A stretch of DNA of 64,000 nt from assembly GCA_964016885.1 (NCBI GenBank), contig CAXHJY010000129.1, forward strand, positions 18,370-82,369, in the 5' to 3' direction. Shown piece by piece: positions 1 to 16,948 of the stretch. Position numbers and translations under genes: made by a program. The stretch's first letter is position 1. The number at the start of each line of letters is the position of its first letter. Under the pieces are notes generated by a model. It searched no databases. It worked only from the letters and a program-made list of their open reading frames with translations, and had not been told where the DNA came from. The DNA is from Eledone cirrhosa. Lineage: Eukaryota.

Positions 1-3000
1 CTCCGCTCTTGTTCATTATAGTCCTCTACTCTTGTTCCTTATAGTCCCCCGCTCTTATTCATTATAGTCCTCCACCCTTGTTCATTATAGTCCTCCGCTC
101 TTGTTCACTATAGTCCTCTGCTCTTGTTTATTATGTCCTCCGCTCTTGTTCATTATAGTCCTCCACGCTTGTTTATTATAGTCCTCCACTCTTGTTCATT
201 ATAGTACTCCGCTCTTGTTCATTATAGTACCCCGCTCTTGTTCATTATAGTCTTCCACTCTTGTTCATTATTGTCCTCAACTCTTGTACATTATAGTCCT
301 CCGCTCTTGTTTATTATAGACCTCCGGTCTTGTTCATTATAGTCCTCCGATCTTGTTCATTATAGTCCTCCGATCTTGCTCATTATAGTCCTCCAATCTT
401 GTTCATTATAGTCCTCCGCTCTTGTTCATTATAGTCCTCCGCTCTTGTTCATTATAGTCCTCCGGTCTTGTACATTATAGACCTCCGCTCTTGTTCATTA
501 TAGACCTCCAGTCTTGTTCATTATAGTCCTCCGCCCTTGTTCATTATAGTCCTCCGATCTTGTTCATTATACTCCTCCGCTCTTGATCATTTAAGTCCTC
601 CGCTCTTGTTCATTATAGTCCTCCGCTCTTGTTCATTATAGTCCTCCGTTCTTGTACATTCTTGTCCTCCGCTCTTGTTCATTATAGACCTCTAGTCTTG
701 TTCATTATAGTCCTCAGCTCTTGTTCATTATAGTCCTCCACTCTAGTTCATTATAGTCCTCCACTCTTGTTCATTATAGACCTCCACTCTTGTTCATCAT
801 AGTCCTCTACTCATGTTCATTATAGTCCTCCGCTCTTGTTCATTATAGTCCTCCGCCCTTGTTCATTATATTCCTCCGCTCTTGTTCATTATAGTCCTCT
901 AGTCTTGTGCATTATAGTCCTCCGCTCTTGTTCATTATAGTCCTCCGCTCTTGTTCATTATAGTCCTCCGCTCTTGTTCATTATAGACCTCCGTTCTTGT
1001 ACATTATAGTCCTCCGCTCTTGTTCATTATAGTCCTCCGCTCTTGTTCATTATAGTCCTCCCTTCTTGTACATTCTTGTCCTCCGCTCTTGTTCATTATA
1101 GACCTCTAGTCTTGTTCATTATAGTCCTCAGCTCTTGTTCATTATAGTCCTCCACTCTTGTTCATTATAGTCCTCCACTCTTGATCATTATAGTCCTCCT
1201 CTCTTGTTCATTATAGTCCTCCGCTCTTGTTCATTATAGTCCTCCGCTCTTGTTCATTATAGTCCTCCGCTCTCGTTCATTATAGTCCTCTGCTCTTGTA
1301 CATTATAGTCCTCCGCACTTGTTCATTATAGTCCTCCGCTCTTGTTCATTATTGTCCTCTACTCTTGTTCCTTATAGTCCCCCGCTCTTGTTCATTATAG
1401 TCCTCCGCACTTGTTCATTATAGTCCTCCGCTCTTGTTCATTATTGTCCTCTACTCTTGTTCCTTATAGTCCCCCGCTCTTGTTCATTATAGTCCTCCGC
1501 TCTTGTTCATTATAGTCCTGTGCTCTTGTTTATTATGTCCTCCGCTCTTGTTCATTATAGTCTTCCACTCTTGTTCATTATTGTCCTCAACTCTTGTTCA
1601 TTATAGTCCTCCGCTCTTGTTTATTATAGACCTCCGGTCTTGTTCATTATAGTCCTCCGATCTTGTTCATTATAGTCCTCTGATCTTGCTCATTATAGTC
1701 CTCCGATCTTGTTCATTATAGTCCTCCCCTCTTGTTCATTATAGTCCTCCGCTCTTGTTCATTATAGTCCTCCGGTCTTGTACATTATAGACCTCCGCTC
1801 TTGTTCATTATAGACCTCCAGTCTTGTTCATTATAATCCTCCGCCCTTGTTCATTATAGTCCTCCGATCTTGTTCATTATACTCCTCCGCTCTTGATCAT
1901 TTTAGTCCTCTGCTCTTGTTCATTATAGTCCTCCGCTCTTGTTCATTATAGTCCTCCGTTCTTGTACATTCTTGTCCTCCGCTCTTGTTCATTATAGACC
2001 TCTAGTCTTGTTCATTATAGTCCTCAGCTCTTGTTCATTATAGTCCTCCACTCTTGTTCATTATAGTCCTCCACTCTTGTTCATCATAGTGCTCTACTCT
2101 TGTTCATTATAGTCCTCCGCTCTTGTTCATTATAGTCCTCCGCCCTTGTTCATTATATTCCTCCGCTCTTGTTCATTATAGTCCTCTAGTCTTGTACATT
2201 ATAGTCCTCCGCTCTTGTTCATTATAGTCCTCTGCTCTTGTACATTATAGTCCTCCGCTCTCGTTCATTATATTCCTGTAGTCTTGTACACTATAGTCCT
2301 CCAGTCTTGTACATTATAGTCCTCCGCTCTTGTTCATTATAGTCCTCCGCTCTTGGTAATTATAGTCCTTCGCTCTTGTTAATTATAATCCTTCAATCTT
2401 GTTAATTATAGTCCTCCGCTCTTGTTCATTATAGTGCTCAACTCTTGTTCATTATAGTACTCCGCTCGTGTTAATTATAGTCCTCCGCTCTTGTTCATTA
2501 TAGTCCTCTGCTCTTGTACATTATAGTCCTCTGCTCTCGTTCATTAAATTCATGCGCTCTTGTTCATCATAGTCCTCCAGTCTTGTACATTATAGTCCTC
2601 CGCTCTTGTTCACTGTACTCCTCCACTCTTGTTCATTATAGTCCTCCGATCTTGTTCATTATAGTCCTCTGCCGGTGTTCATTATAGTCCTCCGCTCTTG
2701 TTAATTATAGTCCTCCGCTCTTGTTCATTATAGTCCTCCGCTCTTATTCATTATAGTCCTCTGCTCTTGTACATTATAATCCTCCGCTCTTGTTAATTAT
2801 AGTATTCCGCTCTTGTTCATTATAGTCCTCCGCTCTTGTTTATTATAGTCCTCCGCTCTTGTTCATTATAGTCCTCCGCTCTTGTTTATTATAGTCCTCC
2901 GCTCTTGTTCATTATAGTCCTCCCCGCTTGTTCATTATAGTCCTTCGCTCCTGTTCATTATAGTTATCCGCTCTTGTTCATTATAGTCCTCCACTCTTGT

Positions 3001-6000
3001 TCATTATAGTCCTCCGCTCTTGTTAATTGTAATCCTCCCCTCTTGTTCATTATAGTCCTCCACGCTTGTTCATTATAGTCCTCCACTCTTGTTCATTATA
3101 GTCCTCGGCTCTTGTTCATTATAGTACCCAGCTCTTGTTCATTATAGCCTTCCACTCTTGTTCATTATAGTCCTCCAGTCTTCTTCATTATAGTCCTCCA
3201 ATCTTGTTTATTATACTCCTCCGCTCTTGTTCATTATAGTCCTCCGCTCTTGTTCATTATAGTCCTCCCCGCTTGTTCATTATAGTCCTTCGCTCCTGTT
3301 CATTATAGTTATCCGCTCTTGTTCATTATAGTCCTCCACTCTTGTTCATTATAGTCCTCCGCTCTTGTTAATTGTAGTCCTCCCGTCTTGTTCATTATAG
3401 TCCTCCACGCTTGTTCATTATAGTCCTCCACTCTTGTTCATTATAGTCCTCGGCTCTTGTTCATTATAGTACCCAGCTCTTGTTCAATATAGCCTTCCAC
3501 TCTTGTTCATTATAGTAGTCCACCGTTGATCATTATAGTCCTCCGCTCCTGTTCATTATAGCCCTCCACTCTTGTTCATTATAGTCCTCCACTCTTGTTC
3601 ATTATAGTCCTCCGCTCTTGTTCATTATAGTACTCCGCTCTTGTTAATTATAGTCCTCCGCTCTTGTTCATTATAGTCCTCCGCTCTTGTTCATTATAGT
3701 CCTCCGTTCTTGTACATTCTTGTCCTCCGCTCTTGTTCATTATAGACCTCTAGTCTTGTTCATTATAGTCCTCAGCTCTTGTTCATTATAGTCCTCCATT
3801 CTTGTTCATTATAGTCCTCCACTCTTGTTCATTATAGTCCTCCACTCTTGTTCATCATAGTCCTCCACTCTGTTTCATTATAGTCCTCTTCTCCTGTTCA
3901 TCATAGCCCTCCACTCTTGTTCATTATAGTCTCAACTCTTGTTCATTATAGTCCTCCACTCTTGATCATTATAGTCCTCCACTCTTGATCATTATAGTCC
4001 TCTACTCTTGTTCATTATAGTCCTCCTCTCTTGTTCATTATAGTCCTCTGCTCCTGTACATTATAGTCCTCCGCTCTTGTTCAATATAGTCCTCCGCTCT
4101 TGTTCATTATAGTCCTGTAGTCTTGTACATTATAGTCCTCCGCTCTTGTTCATTATAGTCCTCCGCTCTTGTTCATTATAGTTCTCCGCTCTTGTTCATT
4201 ATTGTCCTCCGCCCTTGTTCATTATAGTCCTCCGCTCTTGTTCATTATAGTCCTCTGCTCTTGTTCATTATAGTCCTCTAGTCTTGTACATTATAGTCCT
4301 CCGCTCTTGTTCCTTATAGTCCTCCGCTCTTGTTCATTATAGTCCTCCGCTCTTGTTCATTATAGTACTCTGCTCTTGTTCATTATAGTACCCCGCTCTT
4401 GTTCATTATAGTCTTCCACTCTTGTTCATTATAGTCTTCCACTCTTGTTCATTATAGTCCTCAACTCTTGTTCATTATAGTAGTCCACTCTTGTTCATTA
4501 TAGTCCTCCGCTCCTGTTCATTATAGCCCTCCACTCTTGTTCATTATAGTCCTCCACTATTGTTCATTATAGTACTCTGCTCTTGTTAATTATAGTCCTC
4601 CACTCTTGTTCATTATAGTCCTCTGCTCTTGTTCATTATAGTCCTCCACTCTTGTTCAATACAGTCCTCCGCTCTTCATTATAGTCCTCCGCTCTTGCTC
4701 ATTATAGTCCTCCGTTCTTGTACATTCTTGTCCTCCGCTCTTGTTCATTATAGACCTCCAGTCTTGTTTATTATAGTCCTCAGCTCTTGTTCATTATAGT
4801 CCTCCACTCTTGTTCATTATAGTCCTCCACTCTGTTTCATTATAGTCCTCTTCTCCTGTTCATTATCGCCCTCCACTCTTGTTCATTATAGTCTGAACTC
4901 TTGTTCATTATAGTCCTCGACTCTTGTTCATTATAGTCCTCGACTCTTGATCATTATAGTCCTCCACTCTTGATCATTATAGTCCTCCACTCTTGTTCAT
5001 TATAGTCCTCCTCTCTTGTTTATTATAGTCCTCTGCTCTTGTACATTATAGTCCTACACTCTGTTTCATTATAGTCCTCTTCTCCTGTTCATTATCGCCC
5101 TCCACTCTTGTTCATTATAGTCTGAACTCTTGTTCATTATAGTCCTCCACTCTTGTTCATTATAGTCCTCGACTCTTGATCATTATAGTCCTCCACTCTT
5201 GATCATTATAGTCCTCCACTCTTGTTCATTATAGTCCTCCGCTCTTGTTCATTATAGTCCTCTGCTCTTGTACATTATAGTCCTCCGCTCTTGTTCATTA
5301 TAGTCCTCCGCTCTTGTTCATTATAGTCCTCTGCTCTTGTTCATTATAGTCCTCCGCTCTTGTTTATTATAGTCCTTCACTCTCGTTCATTATAGTCCTC
5401 CACTCTTGTTAATTATAGTCCTTCACTCTTGTTCATTATAGTCCTCTGCTCTTGTTCATTATAGCCCTCTACTCTTGTTAATTATAGTTCTGTGCTCTTG
5501 TTAATTATAGTCCTCCGCTCTTGTTCATTATAGTCCTCCGCTCTTGTTCATTATAGTCCTCTGCTCTTGTTCATTATAGTCCTCCGCTCTTGTTTATTAT
5601 AGTCCTTCACTCTCGTTCATTATAGTCCTCCACTCTTGTTAATTATAGTCCTTCGCTCTTGTTCATTATAGTCCTCTGCTCTTGTTCATTATAGCCCTCT
5701 ACTCTTGTTAATTATAGTTCTGTGCTCTTGTTAATTATAGTCCTCCGCTCTTGTTCATTATAGTCCTCCGCTCTTGTTCATTATAGTACTCTGCTCTTGT
5801 TCATTATAGTACCCCGCTCTTGTTCATTATAGTCTTCCACTCTTGTTCATTATAGTCTTCCACTCTTGTTCATTATAGTCCTCAACTCTTGTTCATTATA
5901 GTAGTCCACTCTTGTTCATTATAGTCCTCCGCTCCTGTTCATTATAGCCCTCCACTCTTGTTCATTATAGTCCTCCACTGTTGTTCATTATAGTACTCTG

Positions 6001-7039
6001 CTCTTGTTAATTATAGTCCTCCACTCTTGTTCATTATAGTCCTCTGCTCTTGTTCATTATAGTCCTCCACTCTTGTTCATTACAGTCCTCCGCTCTTCAT
6101 TATAGTCCTCCGCTCTTGTTCATTATAGTCCTCCCTTCTTGTACATTCTTGTCCTCCGCTCTTGTTCATTATAGACCTCCAGTCTTGTTTATTATAGTCC
6201 TCAGCTCTTGTTCATTATAGTCCTCCACTCTTGTTTATTATAGTCCTCCACTCTGTTTCATTATAGTCCTCTTCTCCTGTTCATTATCGCCCTCCACTCT
6301 TGTTCATTATAGTCTGAACTCTTGTCCATTATAGTCCTCCACTCTTGTTCATTATAGTCCTCGACTCTTGATCATTATAGTCCTCCACTCTTGATCATTA
6401 TAGTCCTCCACTCTTGTTCATTATAGTCCTCCGCTCTTGTTTATTATAGTCCTCTGCTCTTGTACATTATAGTCCTACACTCTGTTTCATTATAGTCCTC
6501 TTCTCCTGTTCATTATCGCCCTCCACTCTTGTTCATTATAGTCTGAACTCTTGTTCATTATAGTCCTCCACTCTTGTTCATTATAGTCCTCGACTCTTGA
6601 TCATTATAGTCCTCCACTCTTGATCATTATAGTCCTCCACTCTTGTTCATTATAGTCCTCCGCTCTTGTTCATTATAGTCCTCTGCTCTTGTACATTATA
6701 GTCCTCCGCTCTTGTTCATTATAGTCCTCCGCTCTTGTTCATTATAGTCCTCTGCTCTTGTTCATTATAGTCCTCCGCTCTTGTTTATTATAGTCCTTCA
6801 CTCTCGTTCATTATAGTCCTCCACTCTTGTTAATTATAGTCCTTCGCTCTTGTTCATTATAGTCCTCTGCTCTTGTTCATTATAGCCCTCTACTCTTGTT
6901 AATTATAGTTCTGTGCTCTTGTTAATTATAGTCCTCCGCTCTTGTTCATTATAGTCCTCCACTCTTGTTCATTATAGTCCTCTGCTCTTGTTTATTATAG
7001 TCCTCCAGTCTTGTTCATTATAGTCCTCTGCTCTTGTTC

Positions 7040-7045
<6 letters not shown>
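1..7045. repeat. 23-bp tandem satellite, consensus CCGCTCTTGTTCATTATAGTCCT, roughly 300 copies, open at window start
   Basis: Period of 23 is directly visible (CTTGTTC at 421 and 444). There are no unique spacers. The array runs into (TA)n at about 7045. Confidence 0.98.
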
Positions 7046-7070
<25 letters not shown>

Positions 7071-7076
<6 letters not shown>

Positions 7077-7954
7077 AAGTTAAATAAAAAGTCAAATGTT
7101 TAAAATTTAGCTTCGTTTATTACTGCTATATATATTTCAGTGACAGCCATCTTTGGCTGTGACCTGTTCAGGCAGTCCGAATTAGTGTGGTATAGACAAG
7201 TACATATGTTGTTGAGGTGTATAATTTTGTCAATACTCTGATATGTCCAGTTCCTGGTTAGGTTGTTATTTCTCTGAGGAACTGGAATCATATGAATTCA
7301 AACAAACGAATTTCAGTGTCAAAGGGCCTCTTCTCCTCTCATTGGTCAGTTGTTAGAACATTCCTCATTCTAAGTGTTGTTATTGTTGGAGTTAGCTTAA
7401 AAAATTGATAAAGTGGTAGAAGGAACAAGGTGGTAAAGGAACAAAATAGCAAAAAGCGAGCTTTAAAGACCGATGGTACAACCATCGCCATTCATTCAAT
7501 AAGGAGGCCAAAAGGAAGAGCATGGCTCTCTCCGACCTGATCTGAAAGCTTAAGCTAGACAGGACCCCCGTACTCTCTGGCCTGGTACATAATCAGGAAA
7601 GTACCACCCGATAAAGGGGGATCTTGCATATGCAAACTATGCCTGAGCGAAACCCTCGAGATACTAAGAGGTGGAAGCGGCCTGATAAACCTCAGAACCG
7701 ACTTCTTTGGGACATGCAGACACCTTAGAGCCGGGACCTTCCTCAAGATATATGGACAGTAGCAACACAAGAAGATGTGAACTCCCCTCAAGCTATAGGT
7801 TCTTCTACAGAACATGTAAACACCTCTCGGCCAGACCTCCCTCAAGCTATATGGGCAGTAACAACACCCTAGGTTGTGAACTCCCCTCACTGAAATATAT
7901 ATAGCAGTAATAAACGAAGCTAAATTTTCAACATTTGACTTTTTATTTAACTTT

Positions 7955-7960
<6 letters not shown>
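7071..7960 (-). mobile_element. Non-coding Penelope pLTR-like unit with a short inverted copy of its 3' end
   Basis: ~73-bp inverted arms at 7071-7143 and 7887-7960, with (TA)n on both sides. A hammerhead motif is followed by AATAAA on the - strand. Confidence 0.7.
7122..7176 (-). ncRNA. Minimal type I hammerhead ribozyme motif, G8C variant
   Basis: - strand reads ACTGC-CTGAACA-GGTCACAGCCA-AAGA-TGGCTGTCACT-GAAA-TATATA-TA-GCAGT. Stems I and II pair. Confidence 0.75.
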
Positions 7961-11324
<3,364 letters not shown>

Positions 11325-11777
11325 ATGAATGTAGTAATTCCGTCGGAAAGGTCCAGGAAAAAAGAGTGCTCTATGTAGGTTACAGAGCTTAATAATTATG
11401 TAATAAACAACATAAGGCAATTATTTCATTTACCAGTGGTTTCTTAAAAGCAAACAAATTTTGCTTTCAATCATCAGAATGAAAAAATCCTGGTGTATTT
11501 ATTGACATTGGATTTTAAAAACAAAAATATAATCTATATGAAAGTGAGGCTGGAATAAGAAGAAGGAAAGGAAAAATAAACACACATGCTCACACACACA
11601 CACACACACAATTACATACACACATATATATACACACACATACACACACACATATATATATGTATATATATATATAAATACACATACATACATGCACACA
11701 TATATATCAACATATCCATACATACACATACACACAAAAACACAAACACGCACACACACATGCATATATATATATAT

Positions 11778-12325
11778 ATTTATTAAAATAACAGATTAAA
11801 GTTTAAGCAAATAATCGCTGCTTTCACCCTTAACGGGATCTTCTGAAACTAACAAAATCAATCTGTAAACGCAGAAGTGGATATTTCAAAAAACGTTGCA
11901 ACCGGTGGAAGACAGGAAGACGATACTTTGGTTCGTGGAAACGTTCGCTGGCAAAGAACGGGAAAAAACGAATAAGATACGTCATTAATAGGAGCGGTGG
12001 AAAACAATTACGCGCAAAGACAGAACCACGTTTATGGTATAAAAGTGGTCGTAGACTAATGTTCTCTTAGGTGGTTCATAGAGACGTTCTCTGGCAATGA
12101 ACGAAAAAAACGAAGATAATACGTCATATGTAGAGCGTGGAGAACAATAGCACGCAAAGACAAAACCACGTAAATGAAATAGCAGAAGTAGACTAAAATT
12201 CTAACTAGGAGACCGAATGAATCTCCGCTACAGAGTTAAGAACAAAGTAAATAAGTACAATACAGAAGTAATAGAAATAAATAAATACATACCCGCAAAC
12301 AAATAAGTACATACACAAGCATACG
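11778..12325. repeat. ~550-bp repeat arm A, inverted relative to 16945-17497
   Basis: CTTTCACCCTTAACGGGATCTTCTGAAAC at 11821 is the reverse complement of the sequence at ~17425. The match is continuous along the arm. Confidence 0.9.
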
Positions 12326-12344
12326 CAAAACACTTACCATAGGT

Positions 12345-12640
12345 ATACAAAACCACGCACATATAAATATGTGTGTGTGTGTATGCGTGTATACAAATAA
12401 ATAAATAATTAAATAAACGTATATAAATAAATAAATACGTATATAACAAGCGCAACCACGCACATATAACTATGTGTATGCATGTATACAAATAAATAAA
12501 TAATTAAATACACGTATATAAATAAATAAATACGTATATAACAAGCGCAACCACGCACATATAAATATGTGTGTGTGTATGCGTGTATACAAATAAATAA
12601 ATAATTAAATAAACGTATATAAATAAATAAATACGTATCT
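12345..12640. repeat. ~100-bp minisatellite, about 3 copies
   Basis: Repeating unit CAACCACGCACATATAAATATGTGTG...AAATACGTATATAACAAGCG. Confidence 0.9.
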
Positions 12641-12788
12641 GTTAGAACACGAAAAGTGTGAAACAACAGAATGTTCACTTTTCATGTTCTAACATATATG
12701 CCTAGCTTCTTCATACATTTTTCGGGGATAGCCGCGGTGGTGGTGATCGTATGTCATTGGCTAATTTTCAACCAATCAGAGTAAGTGT

Positions 12789-12866
<78 letters not shown>

Positions 12867-14196
12867 TATTCCCCCTCTCTCTATATATATCTTACGCCTT
12901 TGCTTTACACTCCTCCCCTTCAATAACACATTTCCCCCTCTCTATATATCTCTTTCACTGTTACTTACGCCTGTTTCTCTCTATCTGTTCCTCTCTATCT
13001 GTTCCGTCTCTATATATATCTCTCTTACTCTTTCGCTTTGCACTCCTCCCCTTCAATACCATCTCTCCCCCTCTCTATATATTTGTTACTCTATCGCTGC
13101 ACGCTCCTCTCCTTCAATATATCAATTACACACGCTTTACACTTCTTTATCCCCAGCGCCCCTACATATACCCCCCCCCCCTCCCGCATCTATATTTTAA
13201 TGTTCCGTTGCACCGTGAATATATGTGTCTATATATATATATACATATATATTGTATATACACATTCTTGTATGTGTATACACTGGTTTTATGTGTGTAT
13301 TGTAAATTTGTACTGTTAAAACACGAAACTAACATTCGATTGACACTTTGATTACCTGTACAGGCAATAGTTATTAGAATGCTGTTGAAGTGTGTATATA
13401 TTTTTTGGGGACATCCTGTATATACACACATTATATATAATACAATAAACAGATAAATACACACATATATATATGAGCTTATTTAATTATAAATATTGTG
13501 AATTTTTAACTCAGTTCAATTATATATATAAATGGCTTCTACAGGACTAGAACTGTTTCATTCGAAAGAAATCATCATAATATTGAGAGGGGGGACTAGA
13601 TAAAATATTTCAAATCAAATGTGTATAAGTTATAAGTTAAAATGTATAAATAGAGACGATAGTGGAGGTATATCTGTTTAGTGGAACAGTAGACGATAGA
13701 ATTAAATACAGACGAGAATCTCCCTTTAATGAAACAGCAGACGATAGAATTAAGGCAATTTAAATTTTAAGCATTTGCATTTTTGCCTTTCATCGTTACG
13801 GGGTCGATAAAATAAAGTACCAGTAATACACTGTCACTATAAGTAGACGACTTTCAAATTGAATTGTTGGTTCCATTTCTTTAGTATTTTCAATTGTAGT
13901 TATCTACTTAAAAAGCGTTACACGGTTAGAGACATAATTGGTAAGTTATATCTTCCCTATTAAACCATTGCATTATTTCGCCTACAATAGAACAAAAATG
14001 AAATGTTCTTTAAAGAAACAGGAATATAACTTTATAAAAAAAAAAGTTGCATCCGCTTCTTTTATCATTGATAATTTTTTCGTTTTAATATTAATTGTTT
14101 TTTGTAGTTGTTTATATTAAAAATCTTACTGTAATATTTACTTAAACGAAGGCAGACATCTAAACTTATAGATTAATCTTGAGCGAAGGACTAGAT

Positions 14197-14274
<78 letters not shown>

Positions 14275-14773
14275 GAAGAATGATAAAATTTCAAGCAAAG
14301 AGTTTAATTAGGTAATGACTTACAAATTTGTTTCAGTATATAGACAAAGCCTGAAGCGCTAATTATAATAATTAGTTAATAATATTACAAAATATATTAA
14401 TATTATATTAAATATATACTGAAACAAATTTGTTTAGCAGAAAGTTTCCAGACAAGAAACACGCATATTTTGCTATCCTCAAACACGTTTACACATGGCA
14501 TGAAATATAACTAATCCGAGATGGCTAGGTTTCATCTTCTAACTGGATAAACGAAATCCATTATGTCTTGACAACAACATGAGGTAACATTATGTTATTC
14601 ACAGACACACTTTGTACACTGTTCCATATCAGAATGTATTTCCTTCGTCACATTCACAAACAGTATTGAAAATATGTTCTTCGGCAAATAAAAATGTTTT
14701 GTTCATAATATTTCAACTAGCGATTGCTCTACTCCACGCACGACCACCATAAATTAATGACCAGCTCAACACA

Positions 14774-14946
14774 AGTATTGGTAGAGCGTCAGACACCATG
14801 CTTTGCAGTATTGTTATGGTCCTTTGCATTCTAAGTTCAAATCCTGCCGAGGTTAACTTCGACTTTCATACTTACTAATTCGATAAAATAAAGTACCAGT
14901 AATGGACTGCCGTAATGGATTTGTGCCGAAAAATAGAAACACTATT
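14774..14946 (+). mobile_element. tRNA-derived SINE with Nin/Deu-like core
   Basis: A-box-like TGGTAGAGCG, B-box GTTCAAATCC, and core CGATAAAATAAAGTACCAG. Same family as 46580. Confidence 0.8.
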
Positions 14947-15497
14947 AATGTGCAATAAGAGCAAAATATAACGACATTGCTCAATTATTTTATCTAATGT
15001 TGTAATAACACAAGGAAATGTTGTTTGTGTATTTTTTTTTATATTTGCTCATAGGCTTTCACAATTTCGCTCAGCCAACAACTATTAAAAAGTGAGTTGC
15101 TTAAGATAACAATTTAATCACAAATTGTTGCTATCTTTTAATACACACCAACAAGTCATCAAATTATGTACAATAAAAACAAATCTTATTAATTTGCTCA
15201 GGGAATATAAAGAAAATGTATATACACTGATAATTGCAATTGTATGTAAATATTTTGTATTTGTATTGTTTATTTTATGTCTTCTATTATGTATAATATA
15301 TTGATTTAATATTGATTGTTTTTTGTAGTTGTTTATATTAAAAGTCTGAAAATATTTTTATACATCTTACACTAATATTTATAAGATAATTTATAATAAC
15401 AATTACATAATCTAATTACATTACAACGATAATTTATTATTAATATATATCCTGTTTAACTAGAGTTATTACAAGCGTTGCCTTAAAAAAATATTAA

Positions 15498-16454
15498 ACT
15501 AGACATGAAAAATGCGCAAGCTCAAAAGTGCCACAGAATGTTATAATAAACCTTCAAAAGTGTGGGACTAGAGTTGTTGCTAAAAAATATTGTAATCATT
15601 ATATATCGTACATTCTGTGGCATCCTTTATAAAAATAGCTTAAACCAACGAAGCCTTTATTTTTACCCTATTTCACTTAGTTAATTCTTAGAGTGTAACA
15701 TATAAAAATAAATACATCTATGTTTAATGTAATAACAGCTATAAATAATTACGTAATATTATTATCATATACTCATAGTAACAAAATAATTGTGTTGAAA
15801 ATTAATATGATGCTTATATGAACGATCAAATCTATAATGATAATTTCTTAAATATACTAATAGTAAAATAATTTAGTTATCTATTGTTACATTTTCATAG
15901 AACTATAATATTAACAATCGTATTGCATTATCAAATTTTTATCACTACAAACTTTCATATTGGAATTACCTTAAGCCACTTATTATTACTTCGCTTTCGT
16001 ACTTTTACAGCTGTAGATATTGCGCTGTATCTTATATCTAATATCAATATCTCATGGTAATTTGCATGCAGTGTAAAATAGGTTTATTAATAACTTTAAT
16101 ATGAAATGTATTATACAGGGCTGCGGAGTCGGCTAAAAATTGACTGGCTCCAACTCAGGATCCGATACTCCATTATTTCCTAAATTTCAGCTCCGCAGCT
16201 CTGTTATTATATTAATTTATTTATTTTATAGTTGTAAATCATATTTTTATATGTTACACTCTAAGAATTAACTAAGTGAAATAGCGTAAAAATAAAGGCT
16301 TCGTTGGTTTAAGCTATTTTTATAAAGGATGCCACAGAATGTACGATATATAATGATTACAATATTTTTTAGCAACAACTCTAGTCCCACACTTTTGAAG
16401 GTTTATTATAACATTCTGTGGCACTTTTGAGCTTGCGCATTTTTCATGTCTAGT
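15498..16454. mobile_element. Fold-back/MITE-like element with ~212-bp terminal inverted repeats
   Basis: 15498-15710 (ACTAGACATG...) is an almost exact reverse complement of 16242-16454 (...CATGTCTAGT). Confidence 0.8.
16116..16203. mobile_element. 88-bp hAT-like MITE
   Basis: TIRs CAGGGCTGCGGAG / CTCCGCAGCTCTG. Flanks GTATTATA / TTATTATA give a 7/8 match as target-site duplication. Confidence 0.7.
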
Positions 16455-16948
16455 ATAACAAGCGCAACCAAGCACATATAAATATGTGTGTGTGTATGCG
16501 TGTATACAAATAAATAAATAATTAAATAAACGTATATAAATAAATAAATACGTATATAACAAGCGCAACCACGCACATATAAATATGTGTGTGTGTGTAT
16601 GCGTGTATACAAATAAATAAATAATTAAATAAACGTATATAAATAAATAAATACGTATATAACAAGCGCAACCACGCACATATAAATATGTGTGTGTGTG
16701 TGTATGCGTGTATACAAATAAATAAATAATTAAATAAACGTATATAAATAAATAAATACGTATATAACAAGCGCAACCACGCACATATAAATATGTGTGT
16801 GTGTGTATGCGTGTATACAAATAAATAAATAATTAAATAAACGTATATAAATAAATAAATACGTATATAACAAGCGCAACCACGCACATATACATATGTG
16901 TGTGTGTGTATGCGTGTATACAAATTAATAAATAATTAAATAAACGTA
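16455..16948. repeat. ~100-bp minisatellite, about 5 copies (same unit and orientation as 12345-12640)
   Basis: Direct tandem units are visible. Confidence 0.9.

Noticed and set aside
1-7045. CRISPR-like array or coding repeat
   Set aside because: Monomers are contiguous with no unique spacers and the context is eukaryotic. The 23-nt period cycles frames and hits TAG, so there is no ORF.
13535-13590. Hammerhead-like ATGATGA-TTTC-TTTC-GAAT-GAAAC on the - strand
   Set aside because: C3 is missing and there is no convincing stem I.
14322-14433. 21-bp inverted repeat containing GAAACAAATTTGTA
   Set aside because: Only a possible hammerhead 3' half, with no CUGANGA partner.
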